A stretch of 63,313 bases of DNA, filler included, from Olpidium bornovanus S191 (GCA_017911155.1; 28 parts of 28 records of this genome joined end to end with filler, not necessarily neighbours in it); one strand, 5' to 3'; counted from the whole stretch's first letter, positions 24,616-36,480 are shown. Program-made: numbers and translations. Notes: generated by a model not told the origin, from the sequence alone.

Positions 24616-24749
24616 CGTCGTCGCTCCATGGTCCCAACCATGCACACACCACTACCAGGTTCCTGCGAAAATCAAACCTGCGAAGATCCTGGAAATCCGG
24701 TAAGTGCACATGCGTTGCCTGCGGCGCGCTCACGCCATAGGCACAACTC

Positions 24750-24948
24750 CACCACCGTTTTCCCCACCGCTACGGAAGACACAGGAGTGAACAGCCAAAA
24801 AGGAAGTTTTTCCTGCACGTTGGACGCGCGAGGGGCCGCCCTGCGTGAGAGGGAAGAACGCCTTGCCCGTTTAGAAGAAGAACTCACGGCCAAACAGGCC
24901 GCTGCAACAGATGCCGCCACAGGCACGCACGCGTTAAAGAACGAACTA
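24750..24948 (+). pseudogene. Coiled-coil segment, possibly the Gag N-terminus of the LTR element above
   Basis: LDARGAALREREERLARLEEELTAKQAAA..LKNEL runs to the contig edge, downstream of the LTR, PBS and leader. Confidence 0.35.
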
Positions 24949-25443
24949 NNNNNNNNNNNNNNNNNNNNNNNNNNNNNNNNNNNNNNNNNNNNTTAATTAA
25001 TTAANNNNNNNNNNNNNNNNNNNNNNNNNNNNNNNNNNNNNNNNNNNNAAAAAAAAAGAGAGGGAGAGAGAAATTGCGCCCCGCCGCGTCCCGAACGAAA
25101 CGAAAACGAAAACCATCCCGCCCGCCCCTCCGCCGGCCCGCCCGGATTATTCCCCCGGCCTTCCGCCGCCGACCACACCCGCCCCTTTTTTGTTCCCACC
25201 TCCCGCCCCGGCGGAACGAAAATCCCCGCCCCGCCCCGAAAAAGCCCGCCTGGACCGTCCCTTCCCGTCCGCACTCCCGTTTGGCCCCCCCCCCACCCCC
25301 ACCCCACTTCCTCTCCGCGCGCGCGCGCGCGCGCGTCACGCGCAACCAAAAGAAAAAAACAAAACAAAAAAAAAAAAGAGTGAGCAAGAGTGGGAGGCGG
25401 AGGCGTTTTCCGGACCCCGTCGCCGTCAGCCCCGGTCGGTCTC

Positions 25444-28374
25444 TCACGCTCCGTCCGGTTCCTCGCCCGGTCGCGATGATCCCCCTTCTCGCCCTGCCTC
25501 CGGCGACGCTGCTCCTCCCTGCGGCCCCGCCGCCGCCGCCTCCTCCTCCTCCTCCTCCCTCTCCTCCTCCCCGCCGGACCCGCCTTTTCGCCCTTCTTCC
25601 CGCACCGCCGCTTCCGGCGGCCCCTCCTCCGCGACCGCGGCGGGCCGCTTCTCTTCCCGCTCCGGCCCTGGCGGCGGCGGCGGCGTTGGCGGCTCTTCCC
25701 GTTCCGCCTCGGCCTCGCCTTCCGGCGGCTCCTCCTCCTCCTCATCCTCCTCGTCCTCCTCCGCCTCCGCCTCCGCCTCCTCGTCTTCCGCCGTCCCGGC
25801 GGCCTCCTCTTCCTCTTCCGGCGTCGTTCCCGCGGGCTCGCCACCGTCGGCGTCGCCGGCCGCCGCCGCCCGCGAAACGACGGACCGGTGGACGCTCCCG
25901 TACACGCCCTCGACCAGGCACCGCCGGACGTAGGGCGCCAGCGTCGCGGTGAGCGCCTGGACCACGGCCGGCACGAGCGGCTGGCCGCGGCGAAAGTCGC
26001 GCGCGTGGGTGTGTGCGTGTGCGCGCAGCGTGGCGTGTGACAGTGTGAGCAACGAGACGCTCTCTGTTTCCGATAAGAAAAAAAAAAAACATAAAAAATA
26101 TAAAAAACAACTCACGTGTACCGGCTCGCCCGCGCTCGCCGCCGCCTCCTCCGCCAGCTCTGCCCACCGGCGCAAGACCCCGGCGGCGCTCGCGAGCGCG
26201 GCGTCCGTCTCGCGGACCAGGTCCCGCAGGACGGCGACGGGGGCGAAGGCCCGGAGGCCGTTGAACGCGGCCAGGAACGCGTTGCACAGCCTGGCGATCG
26301 GCGGGTAATCCACCAGGTGCGCCGGCGGCGCGAACTTCGCCGCCGCCCCGGTCGACCGCGGCGGCGCCCCGGCCCCGGCTGCGGCGAGCATCCCCACGCT
26401 CCTCCGGACGTCGGGGAGCGCGGCGGCCGCGGCCTCCACCTCCCTCGCGAACCCGTCCGCGCCCGCGCGGACGGCGGCGGCGGCGATGCGCAGGGCGGCG
26501 TCTTCGAAGTGCGGGGCGACGATCTTGCGGAAGTCGATCCCCGCCCGGCCGAGGCTCATGCCGCAGTACATGGTTTGGGTGAGCAGGGTGGCGAGCGTCG
26601 AGGGGTCCGTCACGCGCGCGAGGGCCTCCCGCAGCGGAGCGACCAGCTGCGTCTCCAAGACGTACCCGACGTGGGAGACGAGCAGCGCGGCAGCCTCGTC
26701 GGCGGGCGCCGGCCCCTGCGGCGGCGGCGGCGGCGGGCCGGAAGACGGGTCCGCAGGCGGGTTCGGCGGCGTGCTGGTCGCGCCGTACCCGTGGCTCGTC
26801 AGGTAGGCGCCGCCGCCCGCGCCCGCGTCGCTGAAGAGCGCGCGGTACTGGGTCACGACGTCAAACAGGTGCTCGCGGACGACGTCGACGCGCCGGCGGA
26901 GGACCTGGGCGGCGCGGTCGCCGGCGGCGTCGCCCGCTCCGGCCGCCGCCGCCGTGGACGAGGGCCGGCGCGAGCGGTAGGAACGCTGCAGCGCCGGCTC
27001 GCCGCCGGCCGCTCGCGTCTCGCTCAGGGCCCTCCGCAGGTTGGCGCAGCGGTTCTTCAGGAACGCCATCCGCAGGCCCCGCTCTCCCTCCTCCAGCGCT
27101 TCCCCGCGGCGGAGGTACCCGATCACCCTGAGCGCGCCGGGCAGCTTGGTTTCCTCGCCGAGCTGCCGCAGCAGCGCGCCGAGCATGCGCGCCCTCTCCT
27201 TCTCCGTGTCCGCGGCGACGCAGCGGATCACCTCGACGTCCGGATACCGGGCGGCGAGCCTCTTGACGTGGCCGGCAAGGTCCATGGCTTCCGCGTACCT
27301 GTTCGACCGGACGCAGGCGGCGACGAGCTCCGGCAGCTCCAGCAGGTCGACAAGCACGTCGTACTGCGAGCGCAGGCACGAGGCCTTTCGGCGGTCGTCG
27401 GCCAGCGCGCGGGCCGACTCGAGGAAGCGGTCGGCGGCGCGGCGGAAGTCGTCGGCGCGGCCGGCGGACAGGGAGTCCAGGCGCAGGGACAGCGAGTCCA
27501 GGGACGCGGCCAGCGCGGCGGCGGCGGCGTCGGTGTGGAGGAAGGAGTGGTAGTGGGCGAAGGCGAGCTCGGACCGCGCCGCGTCCAGGTTCCGCGCCTC
27601 GGCCGCGAGGGCGGCGGGCTCCGCCAGGAGGGCGGCGAGCGGCGACGACGCCAGCCGCGAGAGGTACGCGTCGGTGGCGGGGCTCGCCGAGGAGATGTCG
27701 CGCAGGATCCGGTCCAGCTGCTTCCGCGGCCGGGTGCCGGGCGCCGGCGGCGAAAAGGGAGGTGGGGCCCGGGCGGCGGCGGCGTCGGCGTCGGCGGCCG
27801 ACTCGGCGACGCCGCCGCGGTGGCGCAGCTGCTCGTCCTTCTCCTCCTCCGGCTCCTCCGCCAGCGCCGCGCCACCCGCCGCGCGGGCCGGACCCTCCTC
27901 CTCCTTGCCGCCGCCGCCGTCGTCCCCCTCCTTCCCGCCCTTCTGCTCGTCCTCGTCGTCGTCGCCGCCGCCGGCGCCGTCGTCGTCGCCCTCGCCGTCG
28001 GCCGCGGCCAGCACGCGCAGGGACATTTTCCTGAAGGCCACCAGGCCCGACTTCCGCCGGCCCGCGGCCGCGCCCGGCGCGGGGGCGGCGGGGACGTCCA
28101 GCAGGGCCGGGTGGTCCGCGACGGCGCGGGCGAGCGCCGCCAGCAGCAGTTCGTTGGCCGCGGCGGGTTCGGCGCGGGCATTGCCGTGGTGGTGGTGGTG
28201 GTGGTGGTCGTGGTCGCGGTCGCGGTCATGGTGGTGGTGGTGGTGGTTGCGGCGGCGGGGGGGCGCGCCGGCGGCGGAGAAGGACACGCGCGGCTTCCGG
28301 CCGGCGGCGGCGGAGGGCGAGGGCGAGGGCGAGGGCGAGTCGGCGGCGGCGCCAGGGCCGCGGCGGCCGGTCAT
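25444..28374 (-). CDS. COG8: Conserved oligomeric Golgi complex subunit 8 (Cog8/Dor1), with a probable intron at 26115-25981
   Basis: ELAFAHYHSFL, LVDLLELPELVAACVRSNRYAEAMDL, LPGALRVIGYLRR, REHLFDVVTQYRALF, TQTMYCGMSLGRAGIDFR, LVDYPPIARLCNAFLAAFNGLR. Confidence 0.92.
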   Translation of the reverse strand: MTGRRGPGAAADSPSPSPSPSAAAGRKPRVSFSAAGAPPRRRNHHHHHHDRDRDHDHHHHHHHGNARAEPAAANELLLAALARAVADHPALLDVPAAPAPGAAAGRRKSGLVAFRKMSLRVLAAADGEGDDDGAGGGDDDEDEQKGGKEGDDGGGGKEEEGPARAAGGAALAEEPEEEKDEQLRHRGGVAESAADADAAAARAPPPFSPPAPGTRPRKQLDRILRDISSASPATDAYLSRLASSPLAALLAEPAALAAEARNLDAARSELAFAHYHSFLHTDAAAAALAASLDSLSLRLDSLSAGRADDFRRAADRFLESARALADDRRKASCLRSQYDVLVDLLELPELVAACVRSNRYAEAMDLAGHVKRLAARYPDVEVIRCVAADTEKERARMLGALLRQLGEETKLPGALRVIGYLRRGEALEEGERGLRMAFLKNRCANLRRALSETRAAGGEPALQRSYRSRRPSSTAAAAGAGDAAGDRAAQVLRRRVDVVREHLFDVVTQYRALFSDAGAGGGAYLTSHGYGATSTPPNPPADPSSGPPPPPPQGPAPADEAAALLVSHVGYVLETQLVAPLREALARVTDPSTLATLLTQTMYCGMSLGRAGIDFRKIVAPHFEDAALRIAAAAVRAGADGFAREVEAAAAALPDVRRSVGMLAAAGAGAPPRSTGAAAKFAPPAHLVDYPPIARLCNAFLAAFNGLRAFAPVAVLRDLVRETDAALASAAGVLRRWAELAEEAAASAGEPVHVSCFLYFLCFFFFLSETESVSLLTLSHATLRAHAHTHARDFRRGQPLVPAVVQALTATLAPYVRRCLVEGVYGSVHRSVVSRAAAAGDADGGEPAGTTPEEEEEAAGTAEDEEAEAEAEEDEEDEEEEEPPEGEAEAEREEPPTPPPPPGPEREEKRPAAVAEEGPPEAAVREEGRKGGSGGEEEREEEEEEAAAAGPQGGAASPEAGREGGSSRPGEEPDGA

Positions 28375-29187
28375 GAGAGAGCGTGAGCGCGCGCGTGCCC
28401 GCGCGGGGTGCGTGTGTGGCGTGCGGGGGCGTCGGGGGGAGGGAGGGGAAAGGTTTTTCCTCCCGGCGGGGGCGTTGTTGGTGGATCCGCGGAAGGAAGG
28501 AAGGAAGGAAGGAAGGAAGGAAGAGACGGGGCCGGCGCCCCTCCCCATCCACCGGGCGGAGTTTTCCGCGAGAAGGAGGCGGGAAACCCGAAAGTCGTGT
28601 GTTCCTTCTTCGCTCCCCGGGGGATCCGCCGCGTCCGCGTCTCTAAAAAAGCTCTAACCCCCCAACCCCCCCCCAAAAGCGCCCCCCCCNNNNNNNNNNN
28701 NNNNNNNNNNNNNNNNNNNNNNNNNNNNNNNNNTTAATTAATTAANNNNNNNNNNNNNNNNNNNNNNNNNNNNNNNNNNNNNNNNNNNNCATGACAATTT
28801 CTTTCTCAAGACACTTGCATTTTTCTCTTTCGGACGAATCAGACGAATCGCGGGGTGGAAAGGGCGAGCAGGGAGGAAGAAGGCCACGAACGCGTCTGAT
28901 GAGGTAATTTTCCGCCGCGAGACCGAAATAGAACTTTTCCGCCCGGTGGTGGCGGTGGGCACACGCTCTGCCGCGCGTCACCCTTCCTCTCCTTGCGGAG
29001 GCGTCGGGCGACAACCGCGCGGATTCCGCGCGTCAGGATATTAGTAACGGCAGGTGGGGCGGCTCGCCGGGAGCGTCTATTTCGCGGTCGACCAAAACGG
29101 GCGCGGTGCCTCCAAGGCCGTTCGTGTCTAGGGGCCAACGGCGGGAACATCGAACGCACCGCCGCGATCCCGTTTTTGCCCTCTCCA

Positions 29188-30563
29188 ATGGACATCTCCG
29201 TAACCCTTACGCAGACTCTTTCGGAAGGTCGACGCCGTTTTGGGAGGCGGGAAATCTGGCGAACTTGCGCGATAGATCCGTGAAAACTTGCGTTGTCCCC
29301 TCACCCTACGATCTCCTTGACAGACGCTGCAACTCGCAATGGGGCAACTCAGCACCTTGCCGCCCTTGCTGACCAGGCTTTTGTACGTGCCAAACCGAAA
29401 AATCTTTCTCGCTTCCTCAACACTTGCCCGATCTAGCGAGCTCGAATAAGTTTGCGATCGCCGTTCCGCCTACCCCAGCCCCAGTATGTCGCTCTACTCA
29501 CTCAAGTGCTGGAAAACGAGGCGGCCGCAACGGACGCCCGAACGGCCGCTGGCCTCGCGTTGAAGAACTGTATAAGCTCGCGGGTGAGTTTCGCTGACCG
29601 AAACATGTGCCTCCCATGACGCTAGTCAGGCTGATAGGACTGTGAGACGGTCAAAAGGACAAAAAGACTCTCGGGCAATGCGCGCAGCGTTGGCTGTCTC
29701 TGCCGGAAAGCACGAGGGACTACACGAGGGACGCGGTCAGTGCTAGTTATAGGGAGCAGCAGGCTCTGATCGCAAACCAGCCTTCCTGGCTCACCCACTC
29801 ATCCGCCCACGATATCAATTGAATGCCAGGTCCTGCGCTCCCTGGGGTCTGCGGCCGGACAAACCGCCGCACAGGTCAGGCAATCGCGGAACTCGACATG
29901 GGGGATGCGGATGTTTAGAGTGCATCTCACTCGTGTTATGTCGCAGGTTTTGTGTTCTTTGGCACAAATCGAGATTCGCAAGAAATCGCTGGAGTTAGTG
30001 TCAACCCTGGCCGACGGGGCGCTGGACGAAAGATTTCCAGAAATCCGCTATAATTGTATCAAAGCAATAAGTTTTGTCTGCGAATCTCTGGTAATGCTTT
30101 TTCCCTTCCCCCTTCCCCCCTCTCTGGCGCACTTTACCACGCCGCTGGGTGCCGATTTTCGGCCTTTGACGCGGTTCGACCGCGCGGGCCAAACTCGAAT
30201 TTCAGGAAGGCGATCAGCTTCGACCGATGTCCGACGATATTCTCACCGCGCTCGTGCACGGCGCGCGGAACGACGAACCGGAGTAGGTCGGGCAGGGCCT
30301 TCTTAAAGCGCGAAAGATTTCGCGGCCTTGCCAACCATTACTTTCCCGTCCCCCGACCACCCCCAGCATCAAAGTTCGGCGCGTGGCAATACGTGCTCTT
30401 ATTAACTGCCTGGAATTTACGGGACGAAACTTCAGAGTCGAGAGCGAGCGTGACTTCATCATCCAGGTGCTCTGCGAGGCCACGCTCTGCCCTGACCCGG
30501 GAATCCAGGCTGCTGCATTTGAATGCTTGTATTACGCAATGCACTTCTATTACAGGTACATGA
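29188..30563 (+). CDS. KAP95: Importin subunit beta-1 family protein, N-terminal part, about 8 exons, 3'-truncated
   Basis: MDISVTLTQTLSE|DAATRNGATQHL..|YVALLTQVLENE..AAGLALKNC|..QRWLSLP|VLRSLGS..AAQ|VLCSLAQIE..AISFVCESL|..ILTALVHGARNDEP|..ERDFIIQVLCEAT..AAFECL. All exons are joined by GT/AG. Confidence 0.85.
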
Positions 30564-30662
30564 NNNNNNNNNNNNNNNNNNNNNNNNNNNNNNNNNNNNN
30601 NNNNNNNTTAATTAATTAANNNNNNNNNNNNNNNNNNNNNNNNNNNNNNNNNNNNNNNNNNN

Positions 30663-31976
30663 NGTCAGGGTACTGGGCCAGGAACTGCGAGGTGATGTCG
30701 CTGCCGCCGCCGCGGAAGAGCGAGATGAGGCCGGTCGGGAGGAAGTCAGTGCTGCCCTGGGGGGTGTACCCGGGGGGGAACATGAACTTGCGGATCCCCA
30801 GGAAGTACGGCGTGACGTCGTACACGTCCTGGTCGATGATGGAGATAGCTCGGCCCTTGGACTGCCGCAGAGTGTCGACAAGCTGGGGGGAAACGGCGGT
30901 GTGGCCGGCGAAGTAATGGTAGCGAAGGTACTAGGGAAATTAAAGGGAAGGAAAGGTCAGTGGGATAAAAAAGACGGGAAAAGAAGGACAAAAGCCAAAA
31001 AAAATAAAAAAAATAGAAAATATATTAAAGGAAAAAAAGAGAAAAAAAAGGTATAAGTAAAAGGAGAAAAAGAAAAAAAAGAAAGAACAAAGAAAGGGAA
31101 AAAAGGAAAAGAAAGAACAAAGAAAAGGGAAAAAAAGATTGAAGAAAAAACTCCCACCTGCATCGACTGCCAATACCAATACGGCCGGTAGTTGCCGGGA
31201 TGGAACCTAAAATCGTGAAAGGCAGAGGAGCGGTCGAAGGTGGTGTTGTCGTTGCTCACAAGGACCAGCGAGGGGTCGATGGAGCCGGGCCCTCCCAGGC
31301 CGTCGCACATGGCGGAGACGGGCACAGGGAACAGGTCGTTTCCCACTTCCTTGCCGGTGTACGCATCGGTCCAGATGTCGTCCGGGGAGACGGTCTTGCC
31401 GTGCAGCCAGTTTTTGAGGTGGAAGACCTCACCGCGGACGGCGAGCCAGCCCTGGCCCTTGCTCAGGAGCTCTTCGGCGGAGAAGACGTATTGACGCGGG
31501 CACACAATGGGAGAGAACAAGCCGATGAAGAAGATGACGACGAGGCACATGAAGAAGATGATGATGCACAGGGCGACCTTTTCCCTCCACGCCATCTGCA
31601 CGTCCTTCCTGGTCATGCCGCAACAGCGCAGGCACGGCGTCGGGATCCACCACGTCAGGAACCACGTGCAACAGACCCACTTCCGGCGCTGCGGGCTCTT
31701 CTTCGGTTCATCAATTTCCTCGTCGTCGTCGTTCGCGTACTGCGGCGGCTGCGCCGGGGCGGCGGCGGCTGCCGCGGCCTTCTCCGGAACGTTCGTGCCG
31801 GACGAGCCGGGCTGGCCGTCCATGCTGACGACCAGGTGGCCCTGCTCGTCATTCCGGTGGATGAAATAGTCGGAATCTTGCCGGTGGTAGGGCCGCCGCG
31901 GCTGGCCGTCCGCCGATCGGTCATTCTCCGAGATTGTGGCCGCCCATGGGTCCGGCGGCCTGTTGGGATCGCTCAT
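30663..31976 (-). CDS. Division-2 (class V/VII-like) chitin synthase with cytochrome-b5-like domain, N-terminal part. Exons 31976-31158, 30930-..
   Basis: RRKWVCCTWFLTWWIP..DVQMAWREKVALC..CPRQYVFS..AVRGEVFHL..FPVPVSAMCDG..FHDFR..RPYWY..|..VYDVTPYF..GSDIT matches the region that follows the myosin head in class V/VII enzymes. Confidence 0.9.
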
Positions 31977-33605
31977 CTCTCTCTCTCCCTCTCTCTTTTG
32001 TTCCCTCGGCGGAAAAATGCGGGTGAGGCAGATGGGGGGGGGAGGAGGAACAAATACACTTGGGGATCCGTGCAAACGAAGAAAGGGAGAGGGGGAAAGA
32101 GAGAAAGAAAAAAGAGGGGCGAGAGAGAAAGAAAGAGAGAGAGGGAGAGAGAACGAGAAAATCGAAAACGAGCGAAACGGGCAAATGGAAGACGGAGCGA
32201 CGGAGGGATTTTTTTTGTACGTTTTTTTTTTTTGCCCCCGTCTTAATGATGTCGATTTTTTTTTTCCGGAGTGTGATGGGGCGTTGGGAGGCTGGGGAGA
32301 CCAAGCGGAAGGGGCCAATATATATATATATAAAAAAAAAAAACGTTTCGGCGCACACGTCACATCCCTCTGCCCGCCCGGCGCGCGCGCCGCACTCTGG
32401 GGGCTATCCGAAACACGACAACAACAAAAAAAACCACACGTCCCGCCCACAACCCTCCATCTACCCCGGGAAATGAAACTTGGCAGGCGGCCCGCGGGAG
32501 CCGACCGACTTGCTCGACTGCGCCGCCTAATCGCGTTCAGCCGCGCCCTGCGCGAGGCCTCGCCCGCCGCCGGCGCCCGGCGGTGGAGATGCCCGGCGAC
32601 GGCGGGGCGACTCCCCGCGGAGCGGCCGGTGAACGACGAAATGAGCCGGTGTCGGCAAGAGCAACTGCGACAGCGTCCGGTGTGTGTGTGTGAGTGAGAA
32701 AGAGAGAGCAGATTGACCAGTTCTAGGGAATGGCGAAAGGCGTGGTGGATTGCTGTTAGCAAAGACCTCGCCATTCACCACACTTCTTATTTTTAATGTT
32801 TTTTGTTTAGCTCATGTAATACTTGGAGAGCGGGACATCATCCGCCGTCGAGGGGGACGTCCTGCCGCCGGTAAATGCGCGCGGCCTCCGCCAACTCCGC
32901 CACAGATCCCGAACGAAGTGCACGCGCTGGTCTCATTTTGTTCGCAGTGGCGCACCGCGCAGGAGGAACGGGACCTGCCCGCAACGGCGCGGTTAGTATT
33001 ACGGCGGCGCCATGGAAACCCGCACCGTCACCAGGTTCCCTTAATCCCGTTGTCGTGAGTTGGGGGAGAAAGGGAGGAAATTTGAAGAGGTGAAAGGTGC
33101 GGAGGTCGTTGCTTCCGTTCCCGGTTTTCCCTTTCTGATCTATTCTCTCAAGGGGGAGGGACGTGCGTGCTTTTCAAAGGCTTTGCGCGGAACCCCCGCA
33201 TCGGCCGGCGGCCGCTGCGACGGCCGCTTTCGGGCCAAGCAGAAAACGCAAGTCTTCGGCCCTCCGACATACGAAAGCCGCATTTTAGAAGAGGGCAAAG
33301 TGTTTGGTAAATTTTAATCGGAATGCAGCGCGGACAGGGACAAAACCCAGGGTTCTAGCATACTGCTGCCCAATTGTTTGGGGTTCAGTTGCACAACCAA
33401 ACGGAGAAAAAGCGCCTTTTGAAGGAATCAAGATTTTTCTTGACACCCGACGACTTGCTGCCTGTAATACTAGGTTAATCAAAGAAGCAAAATTCAAATA
33501 AATTGTCGCAAGCAAAAAAAATAATTGAGCGTATGGGATCTCCGGTGCACAATGTGCTTGCATTTACAGTTGGAAGAAGACAAAAAGGATTATATCCACA
33601 GGTTA

Positions 33606-33743
33606 TTAAGCTTCTTCTGCGTCAATCAACGCGTCGGTCATGTCGGGTCGAAGACTTTGCATGACGCGAGCGTCAACTTTCTCGCTGTCGGGGGGTGGTG
33701 GGTGAATGTCTTCATAATACACGCGAGCATATTTTTGAGCTTT
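33606..33743 (-). CDS. Possible terminal exon of an unidentified protein
   Basis: KAQKYARVYYEDIHPPPPDSEKVDARVMQSLRPDMTDALIDAEEA* follows an AG. Supported by composition only. Confidence 0.25.
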   Translation of the reverse strand, partial: KAQKYARVYYEDIHPPPPDSEKVDARVMQSLRPDMTDALIDAEEA

Positions 33744-36398
33744 CTTGGGGCAAACGTGTGGGGGCGGTGCAACCACGCCCCGTCAATAGTTTAATATTTC
33801 GACTGCTTACCCAAAAGGAACCGCATGGAGCCAAATCATAACCCTAAACCACACACTAACCCCTGGCCCTAAACTAACAGTACAAACCTTCCGTCCTGCT
33901 GCGCAACCAAGTTACAACGCGACCTGCGGCGCGTGCGCATAAACNNNNNNNNNNNNNNNNNNNNNNNNNNNNNNNNNNNNNNNNNNNNTTAATTAATTAA
34001 NNNNNNNNNNNNNNNNNNNNNNNNNNNNNNNNNNNNNNNNNNNNCATGAGTCGCAGTGCATAATTTACGAAGACGACTGTTATTGGGTAGCTGATGAGAA
34101 GTACGTCGTGCGCTTCCTGCTTCAGTAATTGTGATAATCGTTCCTGAAACAACTAAAATTCTTTCATTTCTCCCAATTATAGGATGTGTAAAAACATCGA
34201 GACCGTTGATTATGACGTCTAATCTAAGAAGAAGCGTTTCCACTGCTCTGTGTCCATATGAAACTTGTCCAAAACCCATTACCCAACGAAATAGTACGGT
34301 TGCTGGAAGCCATAATAATGGAGGGCCGTTTCCGCTCTATCTTCTTTCTCTCTGTCTCTCCCGCTCGCTCGTGCTCTTTCATTTTTCACTGATTCCATCC
34401 GCTCACCAGAGAGACGGTACGGAAAGAGTGCGTCCGGGCGTGCGTTCGCGTCCCTCCGGCTCTGAACAGAATGCAACAGGGAAACAGATAACAGCAGAGC
34501 GATATGTAACAGGATAGCCTTCCACCAACGCGGTGGAAGAGCACATTTTGGGCAAAAGAGTGGCGACGCTGGGTCTTTGAAAGTGACCACCAGTTTATTT
34601 CCAAAACTTTTCAGCCAAATTCCAAATTCACTCTTTCAGAATTTCGCAGTGCAGTCTCCCGGTTTCTGTTTTTGTCCGTCCGCTCGCGGAACTTTCGAAC
34701 CGGCCAAGCACCCGTTTTTCTCTGTTACAAACGCTCTCGTTTTTCCCCTTTGCCCTCGTCGGCTCTTGTTCTCCCCGCGTCGCTCCCGTCCGTACACGTT
34801 TCTTCAGTTCGCTTCGCTTCGCTCCCTATTCCGACTCTTTTTCGTGGCTCGACGACGGGTGGAGAGTTTCTTTGAAGCGGCTACGACGCGTCTAGCTTAT
34901 AGTGCAAAAGGGAGGAAAACCGTCGTTTCCCTGGCACCGGCTTTCCCTTACGAAGAGGGATTTTATGCTTCGGTTGTGGAATTTGGCTGGGAGATTCTGG
35001 TTTTATCCACCGATACCTTTCTTTGCTCGTACCCCACTTTTTTTTTTCTTTTTTTACAACAGCCGCCACCCCCCAGGACAGCCAGATTTAACCGACACAA
35101 CGCCATCGTCCGTCACCATGNNNNNNNNNNNNNNNNNNNNNNNNNNNNNNNNNNNNNNNNNNNNTTAATTAATTAANNNNNNNNNNNNNNNNNNNNNNNN
35201 NNNNNNNNNNNNNNNNNNNNCATGTTTCCCTGGGTGTTTTTGAAGAGAATGTTATGTCCCCGAATTCACGTCCTTGCGCGATAGAAGCGTGATCCCATCG
35301 AGAACTCGATGTCCTCAAGCGCTCCCGGCCAAGAATGTGCTCCGTTGATCACAGCGTCCTGGATGTCGAAAGGCAGCTTCATAATTGCCTCGAAAATGTT
35401 GGCTGCGGCAGTCGTTTAAGTAGTCACTTCCCTTTGCGTGTACCCTCCGCCTCTCCTCGTCCTCGTCCCTCCCTCTGCGTACTCCTCCCCGAAGTAAAAA
35501 AAAAAAAAACCCCGGAGCACGGCAACAGAGAGGTCTTGAACACTGCCGATCGTGCGGTCGTTTGTTATTCTTTTAACTTTTCGTCTTTGGCCAACAAGGC
35601 GTATTCGTCACAAAAATACTTGAACACACGAATTTATAGAATCGCGAGGGTCATCAAACGAAATTGCAGGCGATGAACTGGCTTGCGCTTCAGAATATCA
35701 GCGATGATCGTGCTTTTGGGGTCGAAGCAGACTTCGTTTACCCGCCTTGCGTTCCAGCAGACTTTCACCTCGCGTGACACGCGTTGAATTTTCTTCGCTC
35801 GGCTGCGACGGGGACGGGAGTCTAGTATTTTCGTCTGCGACGCTTTGTTTCCGAACCTTCCCGTCTTTGTGGCTTCTTTTTTTTTGCTTTCTGCTACAGT
35901 TTGCATCGCCATCGATGCGTGCAACAACAAGCGCAACGTGCAGGAAACAGAAAGAGAGTTCGATCACGCGACTCACAGGGAAGTAGGGCGGTCGTTATGC
36001 GCGAGAAAACGACGGTCCATCGCCGAAAATTTCCCGCCCGGGTGGTAGGGAGCCCGGTAAACTCGAGTATAGTCCCGCGTTCCTTTTTTCCTTTTTGGTT
36101 GGAAGAAGGTGGCTTTTTGTATCCCGGGGGTTGGGCGTTTTTATGCGCCCAAAACAACTTTTTGGTACGACGGATCGGAAAAAAAAAAGTGGATTCTCCG
36201 ACCAATCATCCCCGGGATGCAACAGCTGCTGCCTTTCCACACGCGCGCGCGCACGTATAATTTACAGATCAACCTAAAAAAAAAAAAAAAAAAAAAAANN
36301 NNNNNNNNNNNNNNNNNNNNNNNNNNNNNNNNNNNNNNNNNNTTAATTAATTAANNNNNNNNNNNNNNNNNNNNNNNNNNNNNNNNNNNNNNNNNNNN

Positions 36399-36480
<82 letters not shown>

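Noticed and set aside
26116-28386. Long antisense or alternative-frame ORFs (756 aa here; similar ones opposite talin, ADA3 and the F-box gene)
   Set aside because: These are Arg/Gly/Pro-rich shadows expected from very high GC3 codon usage. They contain no recognisable domains.
33836-33880. Telomere-like TAACCCTAAACC..CCCTAAAC words
   Set aside because: Only two or three imperfect, non-tandem units, which is compatible with chance.
35634-35936. Protein-like minus-strand ORF (..KVCWNARRVNEVCFDPKSTIIADIL..)
   Set aside because: No recognisable homology or clear splice context.
36399-36480. Poly-C/G run of about 80 nt (others at 11725-11744, 21729-21785) as G-quadruplex elements
   Set aside because: They sit at contig edges, where homopolymer length is unreliable and may be a sequencing or assembly artefact.
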